From Candidatus Omnitrophota bacterium (GTDB lineage: Bacteria > Omnitrophota > Gorgyraeia > JAHIPI01): DNA of 64,000 nucleotides. The notes below the pieces were generated by a model. That model saw only the letters and a program-made list of their open reading frames with translations, was not told where the DNA came from and made no database searches. This document shows positions 30,084 through 39,248 of the stretch, one piece after another. A program made the translations under genes and the position numbers. The DNA is taken from the NCBI GenBank assembly GCA_016783745.1, contig JADHVZ010000006.1, forward strand, positions 3,397 through 67,396, given 5' to 3'. How positions within the stretch are numbered: the stretch's first letter is position 1; each line of letters begins with the position of its first letter.

Positions 30084-31361
30084 TTAAAACGCCCGCGTTA
30101 TCTCCTTTATTCTTTTACTCTCTTTTTCCACTGCCGGGCCTACTATGGCTATATTGAGAGATCCTTTTCTGAATACCCGCCGGGCGCTATCCCGCACATC
30201 ATCAATAGTCACATCTTGAACCGCGGACAATATTTTGTTTACATCAATAGGTCCGTCACCCGTAACGGTCTTCTTGCCCAGCCACAACATGTGAGAGGCC
30301 GTATCCTCGAGAAGAAACATCAGATGACCCAGGTAATATTCCTTAGCCCGCTCAAATTCTTTGCGCGTTATAGGATCTTCCTTTATCCTTGAGACCTCCT
30401 TCATCATAAGATCGACCGCCTTAGCGACTTTCCTGTTATCCACACCCGCTTCTATCAGCGCGGCGCCTCCGTCAGCGTAATAATGCACGTGTGAACCGAT
30501 GGCATAAGCAAGGCCTCTCTTCTCGCGCAATTCATGAAATAATCTGGAAGACATATTAGCGCCTAAGGCAACGTTTAAAAGATCCATAGCGTACCTTAGA
30601 GGGTTGTTACGTGAAAACCCGTGAAACCCTATCACTATATGTGTCTGCTCTGTGTCCTTATTAAGCAATTTTACTTTGGGAGAGCGCTGATCCACCTTCA
30701 TCTTGTTATAATTATTCGCCTTGCCCGTTTTTCTGCCTGAGAACAGACTCGCGCATGAGTCGACCAGCACGTTCCAATCAACGTCGCCACAAGCCACAAC
30801 AGTAATGCTGGAAGGGCTGTATGTCCTGTTTCTGTACGCCAGAATATCACGCCTGGTCACAGAATTTACGGTGTCGATAGTGCCCACCAGCGGTATGCCC
30901 ATTGCCTGCTTAGGCCACATGAGCTCTCCCATGAGATCGTTCGCGTATTGGTCAGGCTGGTCCTTATACATCTTGATCTCTTCCAGGATAACAAACCGTT
31001 CCTTCTCAATATCTTTGAGGTCTATCTTGGCGTTCAGCACCATGTCGCCCAGGACATCGACACCCAGCTTCAAATGCCTTCCCAACACCTTGGCTAAATA
31101 ACATGTGACTTCCTCAGATGTAAAGGCGTTCAATGAGCCGCCGATACCCTCTATGGTATTTTTTATCTGGGAGGTAGTTCTTTTCTTTGTCCCTTTAAAT
31201 AAAAGGTGCTCGAGGAAATGGCTTATGCCCCTGTTCCTTGTGTTTTCATAGCGCCCACCCGTAGCTATCCATATCCCCAGAGCAACCGATCTCATCTGCG
31301 GCATACTACGCGCTATTATTTTTAATCCGTTATTAAGGGTTTCTGTATTATATTCGCACAT
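30084..31361 (-). CDS. M16 family zinc peptidase (insulinase/pitrilysin-like)
   Basis: 425 aa; inverted zinc motif HFLEHLLF...E. Confidence 0.85.
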   Translation of the reverse strand: MCEYNTETLNNGLKIIARSMPQMRSVALGIWIATGGRYENTRNRGISHFLEHLLFKGTKKRTTSQIKNTIEGIGGSLNAFTSEEVTCYLAKVLGRHLKLGVDVLGDMVLNAKIDLKDIEKERFVILEEIKMYKDQPDQYANDLMGELMWPKQAMGIPLVGTIDTVNSVTRRDILAYRNRTYSPSSITVVACGDVDWNVLVDSCASLFSGRKTGKANNYNKMKVDQRSPKVKLLNKDTEQTHIVIGFHGFSRNNPLRYAMDLLNVALGANMSSRLFHELREKRGLAYAIGSHVHYYADGGAALIEAGVDNRKVAKAVDLMMKEVSRIKEDPITRKEFERAKEYYLGHLMFLLEDTASHMLWLGKKTVTGDGPIDVNKILSAVQDVTIDDVRDSARRVFRKGSLNIAIVGPAVEKESKRIKEITRAF

Positions 31362-31362
31362 A

Positions 31363-31782
31363 CTATGTTTTAGTATCGTTGGCGCTTAAATAGCTTTGAA
31401 GGATCAACTGCGCGGCCATCTTGTCATCCACTTTCTTTCTCTTTTTTCTGCTTACATCCGCCTGTAGTAAGATACGGCTTGCCTCCATCGTCGTAAGCCT
31501 CTCATCCCAGAGTTTTATAGGTATATTGAGTTCGCCGTTTAAAAGCTCCACAAACTCATATGCCTCATCGGCCTTCTCCCCGGCTGTCCCGTCCATGTTT
31601 AGCGGAAGCCCGACTACCACCCTGGTGACGTTCATATTGCGTATGATCGCCTTCAAATGATCCAGATCTCCTGCCCGATCAGTTCTTGTAAGCACTTCAA
31701 GCGGTTGAGCCGTAATGCCAAGCGCGTCACTTATGGCAAGTCCTATTCTTTTTTTTCCGAGATCAAGAGCCAGTGTCCTCAT
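31363..31782 (-). CDS. ruvX: Putative pre-16S rRNA nuclease / Holliday junction resolvase-like YqgF
   Basis: 139 aa; LALDLGKKRIGLAISD RNase H-like N-terminus. Confidence 0.85.
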   Translation of the reverse strand: MRTLALDLGKKRIGLAISDALGITAQPLEVLTRTDRAGDLDHLKAIIRNMNVTRVVVGLPLNMDGTAGEKADEAYEFVELLNGELNIPIKLWDERLTTMEASRILLQADVSRKKRKKVDDKMAAQLILQSYLSANDTKT

Positions 31783-32900
31783 AAAAACTTCTTAAGGGCC
31801 TTTTTATTTTTCATCTTCGCCACAAGTTTTCTGATATCTCCCGCCTTCTTTCTGTCGCAGACCAGAACCGCGTCATCAGTACATACTATTATCATATTCC
31901 CTACGCCCACGGTACCCACGATCCGGTCACTATCCGAGAAGATAATGCATTTCCTGGTATCGATACCCGCGTGAGAGCCAAAAACAGCGTTGCCGTTCTT
32001 ATCCTTTTTGGCCAGCAGGGAGATGCTGTCAAAAGAGCCCACATCGTTCCATCCTAAATTTAAGGGTATGACGCGTATATTCCCGCTCTTCTCCAGCACC
32101 GCATAATCCAGTGACGTACCCTTGATCTTACCGTACAATTTCCTTAATTCCTTGTCAAACTTTGTCTTCTTTTTTCTCGCGGGCAGCATTTGAAGACCTT
32201 CGTGTAATACAGGCATATATTTTTTAAAAGCTGTAAGCATTACCGATGCTTTGAATACGAATATACCGCTGTTCCAGAAATATTTTCCGCTCGATATCAG
32301 GCGGGCGGCTTTCGCGGGACCGGGCTTCTCCACAAATCTTACCACCTTGCGTGAAGAACCGAAGGCTTCTCCGAGCCTACGACTCGGAGAGCCGGAAGGA
32401 GTTCCGGAGGCCTTTCCGTCTACCCCTATATACCCATAAGCGCTTTCCGCGGAGCGCGGTTTTATGCCGAGCGTTATGATAGCTTCTGTTTTTACCGCTT
32501 CTCTCACCGCGCGGCTGATCACCTTATAAAACCCTCTGCCATCAACTATAAGATGGTCGCTTGGCATCACGACGAGAACAGCGTTTCTATTCTTTCTATA
32601 TGAAAGCAGGGCAGCAAGTCCCACAGCGGGCGCCGTATTCCTGCCGAAAGGTTCCTTGACAATAACGCTTTTTCCGACTCTTCCGAGCTGCTTTACCATA
32701 TTTCCGGCGCTTTCCTTATTCGCTATTATGAATATATTTCCGCCGGCTATCTTTGCGGCCCGGATAAATGTATTCTGGAAGAGGGTATTCCGGCCTTGAA
32801 GCTTCAGGTTCTGCTTCGGATAAGCCGCCCTGCTCTTTGGCCACAGCCGCTCACCCTTACCGCCGGCTAATATCGCTGCGTAAATATCTTTTTTATTCAT
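31779..32900 (-). CDS. Mannose-1-phosphate guanylyltransferase (nucleotidyltransferase domain only), with a low-complexity Ser/Gly/Pro insertion
   Basis: 373 aa; AAILAGGKGERLWP N-terminus of ManC/CpsB-type sugar nucleotidyltransferases; insertion GTPSGSPSRRLGEAFGSSRK. Confidence 0.75.
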   Translation of the reverse strand: MNKKDIYAAILAGGKGERLWPKSRAAYPKQNLKLQGRNTLFQNTFIRAAKIAGGNIFIIANKESAGNMVKQLGRVGKSVIVKEPFGRNTAPAVGLAALLSYRKNRNAVLVVMPSDHLIVDGRGFYKVISRAVREAVKTEAIITLGIKPRSAESAYGYIGVDGKASGTPSGSPSRRLGEAFGSSRKVVRFVEKPGPAKAARLISSGKYFWNSGIFVFKASVMLTAFKKYMPVLHEGLQMLPARKKKTKFDKELRKLYGKIKGTSLDYAVLEKSGNIRVIPLNLGWNDVGSFDSISLLAKKDKNGNAVFGSHAGIDTRKCIIFSDSDRIVGTVGVGNMIIVCTDDAVLVCDRKKAGDIRKLVAKMKNKKALKKFL

Positions 32901-33693
32901 TATGTACAGCTTTTGCTATGCTTGAAGTAAATTTTCCGACTGCCTTATTAAGCGTACTCTTCCCCTCGTTCTCTCCTATCACTCTTATGAGCGCGCTGCC
33001 TATTATCACTCCATCGGCCACTCTTGAAATATCCCGCGCCTGCTTCTCATTGGAGACGCCAAAACCTACGCACACAGGCTTGTCTGTAAGGCGCTTGATC
33101 CTCTTAATATTCTTTGAGATATGCGATGGGAGCGCTGCCCTGGCGCCGGTAACGCCCGTAAGTGAGACATAGTATATGAAGCCTTTTGAATGCCTCGCTA
33201 TGATCTTCAGGCGGTCGTTCGTGCTTGTGGGTGAGGCAAGAAATATCAAATAAAGATCTTGGGCCCTGGCTGCCCCTTCAAGCTCGGCTGCCTCCTCAGC
33301 GGGAAGATCCGGGAAGATAGCGCCGTCAACGCCGCATTTCACCGCGTCACGGACAAATTTCTCAACGCCATAATGATAGACAGGGTTCAGATAACTCATA
33401 AGAATGATAGGGATCTGACTCTTTCCCCTGATCTTCTTGACACTCTTTAATATTTTATGCAATGTAGTTCCTGATTTAAGTGACCTTTCGGATGATCTCT
33501 GGATGGTAAGCCCGTCAGCCATCGGGTCGGAAAACGGTACTCCCAGCTCGACTATGTCCACTCCGGATCTTTCAAGCTCTAAAACTATTTTTTCGGTCGC
33601 GGCCATGGACGGATATCCCGCGGTTATATAGACGATGAATGCCTTGCGCTTATCCTTGCTCAGCTTATTGAATGTTTTTTTTATTCTATTCAT
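32893..33693 (-). CDS. trpA: Tryptophan synthase alpha chain
   Basis: 266 aa; TIM barrel with YITAGYP and GFGV motifs. Confidence 0.9.
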   Translation of the reverse strand: MNRIKKTFNKLSKDKRKAFIVYITAGYPSMAATEKIVLELERSGVDIVELGVPFSDPMADGLTIQRSSERSLKSGTTLHKILKSVKKIRGKSQIPIILMSYLNPVYHYGVEKFVRDAVKCGVDGAIFPDLPAEEAAELEGAARAQDLYLIFLASPTSTNDRLKIIARHSKGFIYYVSLTGVTGARAALPSHISKNIKRIKRLTDKPVCVGFGVSNEKQARDISRVADGVIIGSALIRVIGENEGKSTLNKAVGKFTSSIAKAVHNE

Positions 33694-33785
33694 TGGTTAC
33701 GGTTCTCGGTTTTCGGTTTTCGGTTCTCGGTTCTCGGTTGCAGGATTCTTCCCCCTACCCCCTACTACCTACCCCCTACTACCTA
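33694..33785. repeat. Composite tandem array filling the whole trpB-trpA spacer: (ggtt[c/t]tc)x5-6 followed by (taccccctactacc)x2
   Basis: Seen directly; the ggttttc/ggttctc heptamer is shared with elements at 53052-53125 and 56047-56124. Confidence 0.85.
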
Positions 33786-34958
33786 TTATAAGTACTCTTT
33801 AACTATATCTATATCCTTATCGCCGCGTCCTGAAAGACAGACGATTATGATATTCTTTTTACTCAGTTTGGGCGCAAGCTTTGAGGCCTGATATATCGCG
33901 TGCGCCGGTTCAAGGGCGGGGATGATACCTTCTATCTCAGAAAGCATCTTAAAACCTGCGAGCGCCTCCTTATCGTTGACCGCCACATACGAGGCTCGGC
34001 CGGATTTTTTATAAAAAGAGTGTTCGGGCCCTACTCCGGGATAATCCAATCCAGCGCTTATCGAATGAGTGAAGTTTATCTGGCCGTCACTATCCTGAAG
34101 AACATAACTTTTGCTGCCGTGAAGTATGCCTATACCCCCCTTGATCAGAGTCGCGGCGTGTTTTGACGATGAGATCCCGGCTCCTCCGGCTTCAACGCCG
34201 ACAAATCTGACCTTGTCCTTAAAGAACGGGTAAAACAGGCCCATGGAATTACTGCCTCCGCCCACGCAGGCGAGGAGATAATCCGGTAACCTTCCTTCCT
34301 CCTTAAGTATCTGCGCGCGCGCCTCTTTACCTATTACGGACTGAAAGTCCCTTACCATCTTGGGATACGGGTGCGGCCCTACCACCGATCCAAGAACATA
34401 GTGAGTTGTCCTTATATTAGTGACCCAGTCACGCAGGGTCTCGTTAATGGCGTCTTTTAAAGTCTTTGAACCGCTTGTCACGGGGATGACCTCCGTGCCC
34501 ATAAGGGCCATCCTGAAGACATTAAGCGCCTGCCGCTTCATATCCTCCTGGCCCATATAAACGTGGCATTCGCATCCGAATAGCGCGGCGGCTGTCGCAG
34601 TGGCCACTCCATGTTGGCCCGCTCCGGTCTCCGCGATAATTCGGTTCTTTTTCATGCGCTTAGCCAGAAGCAACTGGCCTATGGTATTGTTTATCTTATG
34701 CGCTCCTGTATGCAGCAAGTCTTCGCGCTTCAGATATATCCTGGCGCCCTTAAATTTTTTTGTCAGGTTGCGCGCAAAATATAAAGGTGTAGGCCTTCCC
34801 GCGTACTTTTTAAGATAGAAATCAAATTCTTTTTTAAATCCGGGGTTTTTCTTCGCCTTAAGATACTCACGCTCAAGTTCATCCAGAGCGGACATGAGAG
34901 TCTCAGGGACATATTTTCCGCCGAATCTTCCGAAGTATCCTCTTTTACCGGGTAACAT
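33786..34958 (-). CDS. trpB: Tryptophan synthase beta chain
   Basis: 390 aa; PLP site HTGAHKINN. Confidence 0.95.
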   Translation of the reverse strand: MLPGKRGYFGRFGGKYVPETLMSALDELEREYLKAKKNPGFKKEFDFYLKKYAGRPTPLYFARNLTKKFKGARIYLKREDLLHTGAHKINNTIGQLLLAKRMKKNRIIAETGAGQHGVATATAAALFGCECHVYMGQEDMKRQALNVFRMALMGTEVIPVTSGSKTLKDAINETLRDWVTNIRTTHYVLGSVVGPHPYPKMVRDFQSVIGKEARAQILKEEGRLPDYLLACVGGGSNSMGLFYPFFKDKVRFVGVEAGGAGISSSKHAATLIKGGIGILHGSKSYVLQDSDGQINFTHSISAGLDYPGVGPEHSFYKKSGRASYVAVNDKEALAGFKMLSEIEGIIPALEPAHAIYQASKLAPKLSKKNIIIVCLSGRGDKDIDIVKEYL

Positions 34959-34988
34959 TGTATTTTTCCTTGTTAGACAGCATCATTA

Positions 34989-35055
34989 GGCCGTAGGTTT
35001 ATAGGTTATATAGAAACTCACTTAACCGTACACCGTAAACCGAAAACCGTACACC
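34989..35055. repeat. Low-complexity element of the 'ccgtaaacc/ccgtacacc' family (aaccgtacaccgtaaaccgaaaaccgtacacc), preceded by taggtttataggttata
   Basis: Same words, in inverted-repeat form, at 56047-56124. Confidence 0.7.
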
Positions 35056-37442
35056 TAAATAATGACCAGGCTCTGCTTCTTCCCTGTTAATGGGAAAGAC
35101 AGCTTCAGTATACCGTCTTTGTGCTTAAAATTTATCTCGCTTCCGTCAAGTGAGACACTGTACGGCTTTCGTATTTCTATCAGTATCTCGCAATGACCGC
35201 CCGCGCTTCCGTGCAGGGCAAGCCTCAATTCTCTGTCCGTGCATGAAGCCTTAAGTATCTCAGCCGTGGAATACCTGATCTTCGCCCGCCTGGAAACAGG
35301 CACATTGAGCGGAAGAACATAAGAGCTCCTGTTGGGCATAAGAAGTTTATTTTCCTGCGGTATCGTGGCGGACTTATTTAGACCCGGGATCCGGAAGTTC
35401 AAAGTCACTTCATGCGGTTCGTCGTTGAAATTCGACACAAACAGGAATCCGTATTTTTTATTAGACCTCATCACAGCATGAACATCATTCACTGATGTCT
35501 TTATGCAACGCGGCAGATTAAGGATCTGCATAAAATGGTCTATCAATCCTATTTGATAATCGAGAGTATGCTTCACTGCGAACCCGAGCAAAAGCAATTT
35601 GCCTTTCTTTATCTTCTTAAGGATACCGCACGGTTTTCTGTCTCTGGTCCGCGCTACTACCCGTCTCTTTTTAGACTCAAATACCTTGATATCACCTTCT
35701 ATCAAATAATCTTTTCCGGTGACAAATACCAGATTATCATTTACCGTCTCGCCTATACTGACATCAAATTCTTTTAACAAAGACTCTTCTCTTAAGAGCC
35801 CCATATTTTTATTAGGCGCTGTGGGATTCATGATAAGCGTTCCGCCTCTTTTGACGTACTCGGCTAATTTGAGTTGTGTCGCCTGATCCATATAGTCCAT
35901 TGAAAAGACCCACATGGCGGGAATTTCCTGCAGATCCCTTATCTTCGCTCTTTCAATATCCACCAGATTATAATTATAACCATTGATCATCAGCAGCCTT
36001 GCTATTCCGTCAAAGAAGAAATTATCTCTCGCAAGAGCCATCTGGTCTATGACTGAACCTTTGAGATAACCGGTCTCATAATAAGGCGCATAGAGGCCCA
36101 TTGCAAAATCATAATTTTTCTTTGTATCCGCTATCTGACTTCCGAAGGTCTTCACGAGATCACCGACATCCTCCATAGGCTTGATCTTGGAGTTCTTTTT
36201 TCCCTTACTGTCTATGGGAGCCTGCCATTCATGGTAGGTTCCTCTAAAACCCAATCCCGGCGGATTCAGCCCCCCGCAGAACATATACGCGTTAAGGCCG
36301 TTCAGGCCGTGCCCGATTGAGTATCTCATAAGTAAATTGATATCATTAGGATATATTCTGGGCCGGTCATTCATGCCTCCTACCTGGGCCTCCAAACAGA
36401 CCCTGGGTGCGGTTTTATCGCCTATCATATTCAATCCCTCGGTCATGAGGATAGCGTCATGAAAATTTTCAAAGTTGAGATTTCTCATCTGATACGCGCC
36501 GCCAAAAATAATATGCGGCGTATATTTTATAAAATCCCTGTATTGAAGAACGGTCATCAGCCCCTGATTACCTCTGGCGCATATGTTATAGTCCCAGAAC
36601 ATCGGGATATTGGCTACGAAAGGAAGGTCGATTTTCGCGCCCTTCGCGCGCTTGGATAAAGAATTGTAGTAGCGGGCGTAAAAATCTCTATAGAAATGTA
36701 CCCAGTCCCAGCATCTTCTTACGCCTTCTTCATCCACGTCACCTTTCGGCTGCGGGATCTCCTTAAAGCTCGTATGATTCGTGTAATACCTGTCGTTAAG
36801 GGCGGATAGCTCACCGCCATAAAGCGCCTTCAGGTATTCTCCGTACATCTCGGTCGTAGCCTTATTATAATCCGCGTCACCCATGACCCAATTCATCATG
36901 CCGATCTCGTTATCCAGCTGCACCATTATCACCGGCCCGCCTTTTGTAAAAGAGTTCTTATGGATTATCGGCAGGATCTTCGAATACCACCCGGATACGC
37001 GCTCCTGAAAAACAGGATGCATATAAGAGACCATGGCCTCGTGCGGAACATTCGATCCTTTTCTGTTTTTCGCGCGCGCTTCCTGGTAATTTTCCAGAAA
37101 CCAGGGCGGGGTGCCTTCACCCTTTATCTCCGCGTTAGAAGTAGGGCCTATCCTGGCTATAAGATTAAAGCCGGCGTTTTTGACAAGCTTGATAAAATAT
37201 ATAAGATCCTTTTGAGGAGAAGTCTTACCGGTGAAATCAAACTGGCCTTCTTCATGCTCGTGCCAGGCCCACGGTATGTAAGTGCTTATAGTATTTAATC
37301 CCGTTTCCCTGGCCTTCCTCAGCCTATCCACCCATTTATCCTTCGGTATCCTGAAATAATGGATCTCGCCCGAATAGAGGAAAAAAGGCTCATTATTCAA
37401 CAGGATCTTACCGTCTTTCAATTCGATCTTATTCCTGCCCAT
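35055..37442 (-). CDS. Glycoside hydrolase family 35-like beta-galactosidase
   Basis: 795 aa; N-terminal GEIHYFRIP...GLNTISTYIPWAWHE...FDF...GP...AE...PPWFL and acid/base VQLDNEIG match the GH35 catalytic TIM barrel. Confidence 0.75.
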   Translation of the reverse strand: MGRNKIELKDGKILLNNEPFFLYSGEIHYFRIPKDKWVDRLRKARETGLNTISTYIPWAWHEHEEGQFDFTGKTSPQKDLIYFIKLVKNAGFNLIARIGPTSNAEIKGEGTPPWFLENYQEARAKNRKGSNVPHEAMVSYMHPVFQERVSGWYSKILPIIHKNSFTKGGPVIMVQLDNEIGMMNWVMGDADYNKATTEMYGEYLKALYGGELSALNDRYYTNHTSFKEIPQPKGDVDEEGVRRCWDWVHFYRDFYARYYNSLSKRAKGAKIDLPFVANIPMFWDYNICARGNQGLMTVLQYRDFIKYTPHIIFGGAYQMRNLNFENFHDAILMTEGLNMIGDKTAPRVCLEAQVGGMNDRPRIYPNDINLLMRYSIGHGLNGLNAYMFCGGLNPPGLGFRGTYHEWQAPIDSKGKKNSKIKPMEDVGDLVKTFGSQIADTKKNYDFAMGLYAPYYETGYLKGSVIDQMALARDNFFFDGIARLLMINGYNYNLVDIERAKIRDLQEIPAMWVFSMDYMDQATQLKLAEYVKRGGTLIMNPTAPNKNMGLLREESLLKEFDVSIGETVNDNLVFVTGKDYLIEGDIKVFESKKRRVVARTRDRKPCGILKKIKKGKLLLLGFAVKHTLDYQIGLIDHFMQILNLPRCIKTSVNDVHAVMRSNKKYGFLFVSNFNDEPHEVTLNFRIPGLNKSATIPQENKLLMPNRSSYVLPLNVPVSRRAKIRYSTAEILKASCTDRELRLALHGSAGGHCEILIEIRKPYSVSLDGSEINFKHKDGILKLSFPLTGKKQSLVII

Positions 37443-37457
37443 CGACTTCTCCTATAT

Positions 37458-39248
37458 TTATTTACTTCTTACGAGTTCTATTCTGTCCACATAGATCTTT
37501 GATCTCTCTACCGGATATTTCGCGCGTATATCCAATGAGATCTCAATAACGCGGGAGAGCCCGAATATATTGTCTCCGTAAGTCACGCCGTCATACGGAT
37601 CCCTTTTGAAGTCTTTCCATAGATCAAAGGAATATTTGTTCCATCCGCTCTTATTAAGGAAGATAGGGGGTGAATTATAAATTTCCCCTTCCCTGTCTTT
37701 TATATTTAGATGCGCAACATTGCTCGCGTGGCCGCTGGATCCGTTTGAATATACCCATAGGTTAACGGCATCGTAAGTGCTCCAATCCTGAGGATACAAA
37801 AAAGGCCGCCTTATTGTGGCATTGGCTCTTTTTGCTTTTTCGTTCGGTGTAAACTCGATTCGCATAGAATGTGTACCGTCGACCGCCAGTTCATCCGTCC
37901 AGCCCAATGCTACCTCCGCCTTACTTAAATGCATGAGATCCTCCGGATATGCGGTTTTAAATTTTATATCCGTATATTCAAAGTCATCCACTACCGGCAC
38001 AAATTGGTAATCAGGATCATACTCCAGACTTTCGATCATCCTATTGGATTCATCCAGGTCTTTGAACGCCGAAAAAGGATTAAAGCTGCTCTTGGCGAAA
38101 AGATACCACGAAGTGCTGGAGATGCACAAGGGTTTATCCTGCATAAGCCAGCTGTCATATACAGGCGTCCCCTCATTGCTCGCATAAGGTAAACCTTTTG
38201 TGTGAGGAAAAGCCGGACTATCCGTAAGGCACCTGTCCAGTTCGTTTAAAAAATAGAGCCTTTCCTCTTCCCTGCCGGCCACTTCATATGCCAATACCAT
38301 GTGCGCCGTACCCTCAAACCAGACAGCGTCTTTGTCGGGAAAAGGCGAATTCTTATAGGAAGATCCGAAGTCGAATCCTTCAACCTTTACGTCTTTGACT
38401 TTATAGAGCTGTGAGTTAAGCCCCTTATCAATGGCAAAATCCAGACTAACAGCGTAATCCTTTCCCAGGCTTAATACCGCCCATGAGGACAAATCCGTGG
38501 CAAAATTAGGATTGCGCCTGCCAAGGAAAAATCTTTTCGCTTTATCATCCCAGGCATCATCATCCAGCCATTTCTTTACTTCTTTCGCGGCTCTTAAATA
38601 TTTTTCATCGCTTGTCAGGATGCCCAGATCTCTTAAGCCGGCATAACAGTCAAAATTATGCTCCGAAGATATCCAGACCATGGGATTACCGTTGCCGTAA
38701 TAACCTCCTATTATTCCTCCCTCTATAGACTGCAGGGAAATAAGCCAGTCCGCTATATCTTTCGCGAGCGGAAGGAATTCATCATCACCGGTTTCATGAT
38801 AATAATAGTTCGCCGCCATAAGAACCCAGGCACCCGGTCCGGCGGCCCGGGTCTCCGTCTCTTCTCCGTCTCGTTTATATACATCCGTAAAACCCCATAT
38901 ATCACCTTTTTCCTCAATGTGGGCCTTCCTTACATCATCAAAAAACTTGAGCAATAACCTGGCCCTGTCATAATCCCCTCTAAGCGTAAAAGCCATTGCT
39001 GCCAATGCCTCGTCATAAACAAAACAATCTTCTCCCTTTTCCATACTGGGCAGTAATCCGGTGCGGAAGAGGAGCCATTGCCTGTTAGTCCGCTGATTAG
39101 AAACCAGCCATTGATAAGCCTTATCCGCGTCTGACCACTCCTTATGGCCTCTTACAGCCAGGATATCCTGGATAGCGGGGGTCAAGGCTAAAGACCCGGC
39201 AAGGACGCAAATAATAATTAAGGAAATAATTAATATTTTTTTCATCAT
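37458..39248 (-). CDS. Secreted hypothetical protein, probable alpha/alpha-toroid glycosidase-like domain with C-terminal beta-sandwich (CBM-like) domain
   Basis: 596 aa with signal peptide; no confident family match; C-terminal ~150 aa resembles the CBM-like paralogs 41545-43154 in composition. Confidence 0.45.
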   Translation of the reverse strand: MMKKILIISLIIICVLAGSLALTPAIQDILAVRGHKEWSDADKAYQWLVSNQRTNRQWLLFRTGLLPSMEKGEDCFVYDEALAAMAFTLRGDYDRARLLLKFFDDVRKAHIEEKGDIWGFTDVYKRDGEETETRAAGPGAWVLMAANYYYHETGDDEFLPLAKDIADWLISLQSIEGGIIGGYYGNGNPMVWISSEHNFDCYAGLRDLGILTSDEKYLRAAKEVKKWLDDDAWDDKAKRFFLGRRNPNFATDLSSWAVLSLGKDYAVSLDFAIDKGLNSQLYKVKDVKVEGFDFGSSYKNSPFPDKDAVWFEGTAHMVLAYEVAGREEERLYFLNELDRCLTDSPAFPHTKGLPYASNEGTPVYDSWLMQDKPLCISSTSWYLFAKSSFNPFSAFKDLDESNRMIESLEYDPDYQFVPVVDDFEYTDIKFKTAYPEDLMHLSKAEVALGWTDELAVDGTHSMRIEFTPNEKAKRANATIRRPFLYPQDWSTYDAVNLWVYSNGSSGHASNVAHLNIKDREGEIYNSPPIFLNKSGWNKYSFDLWKDFKRDPYDGVTYGDNIFGLSRVIEISLDIRAKYPVERSKIYVDRIELVRSK

